A stretch of 64,000 nucleotides of DNA from a virus. Positions within the stretch are counted from its first letter, which is position 1. Each line of letters begins with the position of its first letter. A program made the position numbers and the translations under genes. The stretch lies in the IMG/VR virus record IMGVR_UViG_3300044971_002537, positions 32,001-96,000 of that record; one strand, given 5' to 3'. Positions 56,902 through 64,000 of the stretch are shown here, piece after piece. Under the pieces are notes generated by a model. The model had not been told where the DNA came from, made no database searches, and worked only from the letters and a program-made list of their open reading frames with translations.

Positions 56902-57582
56902 ATGAAGGTCGCAGAAGTAACTCTCTGCGACCTTTTTGCGTATTTACTTATGGAGAACAAATACGGATCTGTTGATCCGCTGTTGGTCGAATTTGGGGGA
57001 TTTATGAACGGTTACGAAAAAGCTCAGTCGTTGAATTTGACCGGAACTGACGCGGAAATCGTGGCCGTTCTGCATACTTTGACTGTGTCAAACATCGCTG
57101 TAGATGCTGTTCGCGTGTGGCTCCGGGAGAATCTACTGTGGTTCCGATCGAGCCCAACAACAATGGGTGGGGCGATTCAGCAGGTGATAGAATCACCATC
57201 GACTCCGGATGAGACGAAACAGCAGCTCGGAATCTTCTGGAGTGCTGTTTTTGGTGATGGTGCTCAGAACCTGCTGACGACGGTCCCTACATGGGCTGGT
57301 CTTGTGTGGCAAATCATTCAGGGGCTTACTCAGGCCGCTCCGGATGCCGCCGCTTTGGTTGATTCGTTCTATGCTCTGGATGGTGGCAGGCCGTACAAGG
57401 AACTGACTGTTGAGCAATTTGCAGCACAAAGACAGGCTGCGGAAACCGAGGCAGCACTGACAGCAGCGCGAAACGAACGCCGGTCACTTTACGACGCATT
57501 TGAAAACGCTGTCGGCACATCAGAGCAACCTGAAAAGATCAACGAAATGCGGACAATGCTTGATGCGTTGGAGGCTGTTTGA
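56902..57582 (+). CDS. hypothetical late protein (true start probably downstream, 56950 or 57004)
   Basis: Long ORF in the structural module. Confidence 0.6.
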   Translation: MKVAEVTLCDLFAYLLMENKYGSVDPLLVEFGGFMNGYEKAQSLNLTGTDAEIVAVLHTLTVSNIAVDAVRVWLRENLLWFRSSPTTMGGAIQQVIESPSTPDETKQQLGIFWSAVFGDGAQNLLTTVPTWAGLVWQIIQGLTQAAPDAAALVDSFYALDGGRPYKELTVEQFAAQRQAAETEAALTAARNERRSLYDAFENAVGTSEQPEKINEMRTMLDALEAV

Positions 57583-57583
57583 A

Positions 57584-58372
57584 ATGACAGTCTACTCCGA
57601 GTTAACACGATACTCCGCATCGATCTTTTTCGACTTTTCGGCGGCCGGAACAAAATATCAGAACACCGGAAAAACTGTCAGTGTTGCTGACGGCGATCCT
57701 GTGGCGGTGCTGGTCGGGACAGGATATGGTAGCAGCACTGCAGATGCTGTGAGGTCGACTGCCGACGCTAATCGGCCAGTGTATCGGGCCAACTTCTCCG
57801 CAAGTGGTTATCCGGCTTTGCAGTTTGACGGAACTGATGACTTGATGCTGATGAGTGCGACTGGGGCACCATCTGGGACATCATCACTTCGGTTTTTGCT
57901 TGCAGCAGTACACGCTACATCAACATCAGGTGCCAGAACGATATTTTCGCGAGCGTCTGACATTCCATCACAGGTATATCTTTCAAGCGCCAATCTTGAG
58001 TGCCAGAATCCGACGTTCACTGCCACTAACGCATCAGCAACAGGAAGGTTCGTGTTAGGGTTATTGATCGACGGATCAGCTACAAAACCGACATCAATGG
58101 TAACGACGGGCTGCGGAGGCGCTGCCAGAAAGATCAGTGCAACATCAGGAGGCAGCGGGAGTTTTTCGTTTGGTGGATACGTATCAGGAGTTAACCTGTT
58201 CGCAGGCGGAATCTCGCAGGTGATATATGGCACGATGCCGTCCACGGCTACGCTGTTGGAATTCCACCAAATTGCAAATGCACTGAGTCAGGACTGGGGC
58301 ATGGGTGATGTGCCATTATCCATCGGATCAAACAAGCCACAACACCCAATGAGTCAGCAGGTGATCGGATGA
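57584..58372 (+). CDS. virion protein, lectin/ConA-like
   Basis: DGDPV...P.LQFDGTDD motif; Ser/Thr/Gly rich. Confidence 0.55.
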   Translation: MTVYSELTRYSASIFFDFSAAGTKYQNTGKTVSVADGDPVAVLVGTGYGSSTADAVRSTADANRPVYRANFSASGYPALQFDGTDDLMLMSATGAPSGTSSLRFLLAAVHATSTSGARTIFSRASDIPSQVYLSSANLECQNPTFTATNASATGRFVLGLLIDGSATKPTSMVTTGCGGAARKISATSGGSGSFSFGGYVSGVNLFAGGISQVIYGTMPSTATLLEFHQIANALSQDWGMGDVPLSIGSNKPQHPMSQQVIG

Positions 58373-59229
58373 GACCAACGATTCTTCACATCGGTGGGGT
58401 TTTGTATTGGACAATTCAAACGCGAAATCCAGACACGCAAGTGCTCAAGGATGCTGATTCCACGCCGTCCGTTGCTGTGCGGAAAAACGGATCTTCAGTC
58501 GCGGATTCCGTTACGATCACAAAGCGATCAGCCACATCTGGGCTTTACGATTGCTCGTATAATCCTGCTGGTGAAGTCGAGGGGGACACATATCAGTTCG
58601 AAGAGTCTGCGGCTGTCACTGGAACGACGACAAGTTCCGCGACTTACGTCAATCAATTTTCAGTTCGTGCTGTCCATGCAGGAGCAGTGGAACTGGACTC
58701 CGCTAGTCGTCTCGCGATCTGGAATACACTGACCACAGAAACATTCACAGCAGACTCATTCGGTGATCTGCTGATAATCAGCGATGGAACTAACGGGCGT
58801 GAGGTAAAAGTGACTGGGGCCAATCACATCGCTGCAGACGTACATGATGTGCAACCTGATGGACTGACTGCCAGTACAGACATTATCGCGATCAAGGCAA
58901 AGACTACTAACTTGCCTACTGATCCCGCCGATCAGTCACTCGTTGAGGCAGCAATCACAGCGGCGACTTCCCCACTGGCGACTCCTGCTCAAGTGAACGC
59001 TCAAGTTCTTGATGTCCTCTCAGTGGATACATTTGGCGAGCTTTCCTCCCCACCAGCAGCGACATCGTCACTTAAAGATAAGCTTGTTTGGTTATTTATG
59101 TGGGCACGCAATAAGGCCACAGCCACTTCATCCCAGCGTAAGCTTTACGCAGATGATACTACGACGGTGGTTTCTACCGAAACCGTGGGAGATGACGGAG
59201 TCACCTTCACGAAGGGAGAAGCCTCGTGA
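58369..59229 (+). CDS. putative virion structural protein
   Basis: Thr/Ala-rich, coupled in the late operon. Confidence 0.6.
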   Translation: MRPTILHIGGVLYWTIQTRNPDTQVLKDADSTPSVAVRKNGSSVADSVTITKRSATSGLYDCSYNPAGEVEGDTYQFEESAAVTGTTTSSATYVNQFSVRAVHAGAVELDSASRLAIWNTLTTETFTADSFGDLLIISDGTNGREVKVTGANHIAADVHDVQPDGLTASTDIIAIKAKTTNLPTDPADQSLVEAAITAATSPLATPAQVNAQVLDVLSVDTFGELSSPPAATSSLKDKLVWLFMWARNKATATSSQRKLYADDTTTVVSTETVGDDGVTFTKGEAS

Positions 59230-59435
59230 TCGACAGTAAAAGGGAGCGGTCTGCCGTTCTTTCATTCGCTAGCCCCAATGGACTCCGGGAGCCCAAAGCT
59301 AGTCCAGACATATTGGACAGGGCCACATTGCTGGGTCACTACATATTTGTGTCTGGCCAAACTGGTCAAAGCGTTGTCACGATAAGGGCCAGTTTAGTGA
59401 TCAACCGTACACTAGACATAGAATTGATCAGATAA
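59226..59435 (+). CDS. small late protein
   Basis: GTGA coupling. Confidence 0.5.
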   Translation: MIDSKRERSAVLSFASPNGLREPKASPDILDRATLLGHYIFVSGQTGQSVVTIRASLVINRTLDIELIR

Positions 59436-59437
59436 GC

Positions 59438-61453
59438 ATGTCACACATAATAGCAGATAGAGTAAAAGAAAGAGTCCAGAGTCCAGCAGGTACTGGTATT
59501 TTGTCTTTACTGAATACCACTTCTGGCTATCGAAGATTTTCTTCGGTCATGTCTTCTGGTGATACTTGTTATTATTGCTTAGAATGTCCATCAAATGGGG
59601 ATTGGGAGTGTGGACTAGGCACATATTCTTCCAATAATGCACTATCTAGGACCACTGTTTATAGCTCATCCAACAGCGGAGCTATTGTAAATTTTGCCAA
59701 TCGTGTTTCGTATGCATTTATATCTTATGTAGCTTCTAGAGCCATATACCTCGACCCATCCGGGGAATTGAATTTAGCTCTCAGTGCCCTAAATGATGTG
59801 AGCCTAACGGCTCCTTCCAGCGGCCAGATCTTATCTTTTACTGGATCTGAGTGGGTGAATGGCCCAGTTCCGGGCTCGTATTCTGATGAAGAGGCCCAAG
59901 ATGCAGTAGGAGGAATCTTAACTGATACTTCAAGCATTAGCTTTAGCTACAACGATGGAACCCCATCGATATCCGCTTCTGTAAAGAATAGCGGAGTGAC
60001 CAACGATATGTTGGCCACTGGAATCGACGCGACCAAGCTCGGAAGTGGGAGCGTTAGCTCCACAGAGCTTGGCTACCTAGATGGGGTCACTTCTTCTTTA
60101 CAGGTGCAGCTAGACTCTAAGTATGCTTCTGCGAACCCGAGTGGATATCTGACTGCGTCAGTGGCGTCAGCCACTTATCAACCTCTAGATGCAGACTTAA
60201 CCTCACTGGCTTCAGCCAGCGGCTCTGGCATTTATGAGCGGTCTGGTGGTAGTTGGACCCCAGTAGTGATTGGGACTGGGTTGTCATTGGGGAGTGGCAC
60301 TCTCTCTAATACGCTGGATTTATCCAGCTATCTGACTAGTTCGGTGGCGACAGCCACCTACCTGCCTTTGACTGGCGGTACGCTAACCGGCGATCTAAAA
60401 TTTACTGATGCTACTTATGACATAGGCAAGAGCGGTGCGACTAGACCGAGGGATGGGTTCTTTAGTAGGAACTTGACTGTAGGAGCGTCGATATACGTCC
60501 CAGCCTATGGATCATCGGGAACGCCTATACTCAGTTGGGGTGGAGGTGATTTCGGCTTGTATGCGGCTACTTTCGGAGTTGCATTCAAGGCATATGGTGC
60601 TGCTGCCGCTGTTGCGGCTTTGAATAGTGGATTGATTGTAACAAGCGGATCTACTATCTGTTGGTCATCTACGTCTAGCGTAGACGGTACTAGAGATGTG
60701 TGTTTATGGCGAGGTGGAGCTGACATACTTGACCTCCAAAGAGGCACCAATGCCCAGACGTTTCGCCTCGCAGAGACATGGACTTCATCCACCTCATTCG
60801 GTGCTTTGCAAGTCAAAGCCAACACCGGAGCGGCCTATCAAATCGGTAGTGCTATTGGAAGTGCTGGCGGAACGAATAGAGCGATTACATTTGGTCACTG
60901 GAATGCTGCTGGCACATTTACAGCATCATTATCTGCTGCAGCGGACGGTTCTTTGACTTTTCTTGGTTCGTATTCGCTGGTTTCAAATAATTATAATCTG
61001 CAGTTGACTAATTCTCCTTCAGCGGCATTTGCTGGAACAGCATTTGGATTTTCTGCTTCTGCGGGACATTCAAATACCGTAGCGATTGGCACGAACTCAA
61101 CTACAACAGCCGCAGGTCAGTGCGTTATCGGTGGAAATGCTGCTGGTATTACGTCTGTGTTCATCGGTAATGGTGTCACACACGGAACGCCCAACAATAT
61201 TGTTTACAATGCAACGGGCGGGTCTGGGGCGAACACAGCAGGAGCATCACTTGCCTTGGCTGGTGGAAAAAGTACAGGATCAGCAAATGGAGGGTCAGTT
61301 AAAGTACAAGTTTCTCCTGCTGGATCTAGCGGTTCTACACTAAATACGTTAGTAGATGCGGTTGTAATAGATTCTAATAAAAATTCAACATTTTATGGAA
61401 CTATTTCTTCACCAAGTCTTACTCCTCTTCTACTATTGCAAATTTGGGGCTAA
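59438..61453 (+). CDS. fibre/spike-like virion protein
   Basis: ADRVKE N-terminus; YLPLTGGTLTG; Gly/Ser/Thr rich. Confidence 0.7.
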   Translation: MSHIIADRVKERVQSPAGTGILSLLNTTSGYRRFSSVMSSGDTCYYCLECPSNGDWECGLGTYSSNNALSRTTVYSSSNSGAIVNFANRVSYAFISYVASRAIYLDPSGELNLALSALNDVSLTAPSSGQILSFTGSEWVNGPVPGSYSDEEAQDAVGGILTDTSSISFSYNDGTPSISASVKNSGVTNDMLATGIDATKLGSGSVSSTELGYLDGVTSSLQVQLDSKYASANPSGYLTASVASATYQPLDADLTSLASASGSGIYERSGGSWTPVVIGTGLSLGSGTLSNTLDLSSYLTSSVATATYLPLTGGTLTGDLKFTDATYDIGKSGATRPRDGFFSRNLTVGASIYVPAYGSSGTPILSWGGGDFGLYAATFGVAFKAYGAAAAVAALNSGLIVTSGSTICWSSTSSVDGTRDVCLWRGGADILDLQRGTNAQTFRLAETWTSSTSFGALQVKANTGAAYQIGSAIGSAGGTNRAITFGHWNAAGTFTASLSAAADGSLTFLGSYSLVSNNYNLQLTNSPSAAFAGTAFGFSASAGHSNTVAIGTNSTTTAAGQCVIGGNAAGITSVFIGNGVTHGTPNNIVYNATGGSGANTAGASLALAGGKSTGSANGGSVKVQVSPAGSSGSTLNTLVDAVVIDSNKNSTFYGTISSPSLTPLLLLQIWG

Positions 61454-61456
61454 ATA

Positions 61457-61915
61457 ATGGCTAAAACATATACAATTCCTGTAACTCAAAACATCCAATC
61501 GGCCTTCGGCACTTTGCTGAACGCTGACTCATTCAGTGCAGCCAACGGTGGAACCGCACCAACTAATACCAAGCTCCTATGCACAGCAGGTGCTGACGGT
61601 AGTATTTTGAAGTCTTTAGTAATTTCTTCAGACGACTCATCTTCGAGAACGATCCAGTTCTGGGTAAGTACAGACGCTGGAACTACAAAGTATTTAATTG
61701 GATCTATTACTGTTGCAGCTAGTAGCGGGACCAATGGAACAAATGCGAATGTGGACTTTTTAGGAAGCCAAATTCTTTTAGGAATGTGTACCGATGCAAG
61801 CGGCAAGTATGTTATTCCTTTAGCAGCCAATGCTCGAGTCTACTACTGTGTGACTACTGCCGCTGTTACAGCAGGTAGAACAGTCTACATTGCAGCAACG
61901 TTGGAGGACTTTTAA
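61457..61915 (+). CDS. putative virion protein
   Basis: 152-aa beta-rich ORF. Confidence 0.6.
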   Translation: MAKTYTIPVTQNIQSAFGTLLNADSFSAANGGTAPTNTKLLCTAGADGSILKSLVISSDDSSSRTIQFWVSTDAGTTKYLIGSITVAASSGTNGTNANVDFLGSQILLGMCTDASGKYVIPLAANARVYYCVTTAAVTAGRTVYIAATLEDF

Positions 61916-64000
61916 TGCAAAGTGGTATGTCTAACGGGGGAATGAGTTCTCCCTTAAATAGCGTACTGAGAAAGACTATTAGTCCTTCGTACGATGATAA
62001 TCCTAACCCTATCGCAGGAGCGAGCTGGCCACAGTATCTGAAAAATGCTATGGTTATTACCCCTCCACGTAGTCATATAACGCCCAATACTTTTGGTGGC
62101 TATCCAATTCTGATTATGCCTAAGCAGGGTGGACAGGTATTTATGCCTTCCGCCTTGATGGTTGGATCTCCATCACAGTCAGTTTCTAACCCAGCTATTA
62201 GATTAGGGTACGCTAGTAATCAGTGTTTTGAATTGAGTCAAGCTGGATCACACATAGCCTATTTCGGGAATGGAACAGCGGCTGGTACAAAATTGGGATA
62301 TGCGTGTAAATATCATATTAGGTCAGATGGATTCTATGGATTTTCATCTACTTCTAGTGGTACTACCTTAGCAGATGCTGACACCGCCTTGTTTCGCGTT
62401 GGGTCTGGCACCGTTGGCATTTATAATCCGACAACTCCAGCAACCGCCCAAACATTTGAGTTATATAACACTTGGACTTCTACTACAAGCTTTGAAAATC
62501 TTAGATTTAGGTCTGTGGCTGGAGCGGCCTATCAAATAGGTAGTGCTATTGGGAGTGCTGGGGGTACGACACGACCAATAGAAATTGGGCACACAAATTC
62601 AGCCGGAGCATTCACTTCAAGAATTCATATCACTGCTGCTGGCAACGTCGGAATAAGTCACGGGACTGCTGGGTATCTGAGAGATATTTTTCAGGTAAAC
62701 ACAACAAGCACGTCTACGTCGTTTGGTTCAGGAAGTATTGCTCCTCAAGGTATCACGATCACAAATTCGACCAACACGGTGAACCGACCTATCGGATTGC
62801 AGTTCTCGGGGTACGAAGGCTGGGGATTCGGCGGCATTTATGGAACTATGACGAGCGGTGGTGGCAACACTTATGGCCGAATATCAATCGTACTACGATC
62901 GGCATCAGGAGGATCTTATTCCGAAGTTTGTCGCTGGGATGAAAACGCCTGTATGTTGGTTACACCGTGGTTGAGTACGTCAGGTTCGCCATCGGCGTTT
63001 GTACTTACAGATGCTGCCCACACTACGATGACTGCTTCAACTGAGGCAACATCTGTCAACTTTAATCTATCGTCTACAAAGCAGTTCGCGACAGGAGCAC
63101 TAACGACTCAGCGAGCAATGCGGATTCAGGCACCTACCTATTCGTTCGTAGGTGCGAGTACGATCACGACAGCATCTACGCTTTCTATTAGTGGGCCTCC
63201 GATTGCTGGAACAAATGCGAGTATCACGAATAAGTGGGCACTGAATGTTGAAAGTGGTCACATACGAGCAAACAATGGAATTAGCATCGGTACTAATTAT
63301 ACGAATTCCGCAATAAATCTTGCTTCCTTTCAATGGATTAGCTGGAATAACGTGCAGTTGATTACTGCAGGAAATACGTACGATGGAGTTGCTTCGGTAT
63401 CTTTTGGTAATTGTGGGATTGATTCAATATCTCAAATTAGGCCAGTATCGAACTCGCTTACAATAAGAGCTGGAACCAACGCCCAAACTTTTAGTGTCAA
63501 TGGAACGTGGACATCATCCTCCGCTTATGAACTCATTAACATAAAAGGAAAAGCTTCTGCTAACTTCGAAATCGGCCCAGAAAGTGGGAGTGCTGGAGGC
63601 ACTCTGAGGGGCCTAACGATTGGGGGATACCCAGCCGGTGCGTCTACAATTGTTGGATGGGCACAATTCCGACCTAATACTTCGACGGGGGTACTAGAGG
63701 CGTTCTATCTTGGACCTATCGCTGACAGTACGGTGACTGGCGGAAATGCGAGAGGGACTAACTCGGTTGATTTGCAAACAGTCAGGACTTCAGCTTCGCA
63801 AGTGTGTGTGGCACAAAGGTCCGTGATTGGTGGTGGAGAGAGAAATACTATTGAAGTGTTTTCTTCCGTAAGCGTTATCGGAGGAGGGTATCAAAACTCA
63901 ATCACAGGTTTTGGTTATTATTCCGTGATAGCTGGAGGATACCTAAACACGCTCAGTGGATCTCCGTACTCAGTGATAGGTGGAGGGCGAGAAAATACAG
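61915..64000 (+). CDS. large fibre-like virion protein, truncated by the window end
   Basis: ATG overlaps the previous TAA; reading frame appears open to base 64000; shares the WTS..SF...IG...GSAGGT.R module with 59438-61453. Confidence 0.75.
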   Translation, partial: MQSGMSNGGMSSPLNSVLRKTISPSYDDNPNPIAGASWPQYLKNAMVITPPRSHITPNTFGGYPILIMPKQGGQVFMPSALMVGSPSQSVSNPAIRLGYASNQCFELSQAGSHIAYFGNGTAAGTKLGYACKYHIRSDGFYGFSSTSSGTTLADADTALFRVGSGTVGIYNPTTPATAQTFELYNTWTSTTSFENLRFRSVAGAAYQIGSAIGSAGGTTRPIEIGHTNSAGAFTSRIHITAAGNVGISHGTAGYLRDIFQVNTTSTSTSFGSGSIAPQGITITNSTNTVNRPIGLQFSGYEGWGFGGIYGTMTSGGGNTYGRISIVLRSASGGSYSEVCRWDENACMLVTPWLSTSGSPSAFVLTDAAHTTMTASTEATSVNFNLSSTKQFATGALTTQRAMRIQAPTYSFVGASTITTASTLSISGPPIAGTNASITNKWALNVESGHIRANNGISIGTNYTNSAINLASFQWISWNNVQLITAGNTYDGVASVSFGNCGIDSISQIRPVSNSLTIRAGTNAQTFSVNGTWTSSSAYELINIKGKASANFEIGPESGSAGGTLRGLTIGGYPAGASTIVGWAQFRPNTSTGVLEAFYLGPIADSTVTGGNARGTNSVDLQTVRTSASQVCVAQRSVIGGGERNTIEVFSSVSVIGGGYQNSITGFGYYSVIAGGYLNTLSGSPYSVIGGGRENT

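Noticed and set aside
60742-63640. Diversity-generating retroelement TR/VR pair
   Set aside because: No reverse transcriptase in the window; all copies are coding and the differences are not adenine-specific
1-64000. Host assignment (e.g. Planctomycetota, suggested by the Tat-type leader and weak SD use)
   Set aside because: Suggestive only; no diagnostic host marker in the window

Overview
This 64-kb window is part of a large tailed dsDNA bacteriophage (Caudoviricetes) genome in the standard genetic code. I cannot assign the host. Bases 1 to ~44.8 kb are read almost entirely on the - strand. The left part (1-29 kb) holds replication, repair and counter-defence genes: an N-terminal-only DnaE, rIIA/rIIB, a macrodomain, a Ro60-type vWA domain, HD hydrolases, an Rnl2-type RNA ligase, DenV, a HicA-like toxin, a sigma-like factor, and a DNA ligase fractured by a split intein with an intervening endonuclease. 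It also carries tRNAs and a tmRNA. The 29-43 kb part is an early region of small genes with many sigma70 promoters, punctuated by ~11 copies of a covarying two-hairpin element. From ~45 kb the + strand carries the late module: HNH, PAS membrane protein, ERCC4 nuclease, SPFH protein, TerL, portal, protease/scaffold, decoration protein, major capsid protein (MCP) and fibre-like proteins. Most unusual observations: (1) a divergent paralogue of the phage's own MCP that lacks the putative E-loop and carries a twin-arginine (Tat) signal peptide, inside a tRNA/tmRNA/RNA-repair island; (2) several non-canonical tRNA-capped or tRNA-like ncRNAs; (3) the repeated two-hairpin intergenic element; (4) a covarying GNA-triloop mini-hairpin directly before many start codons; (5) a ~35-copy CRGTAAAA(A)G motif on both strands. 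All homology calls come from motif recognition by eye, not database searches.
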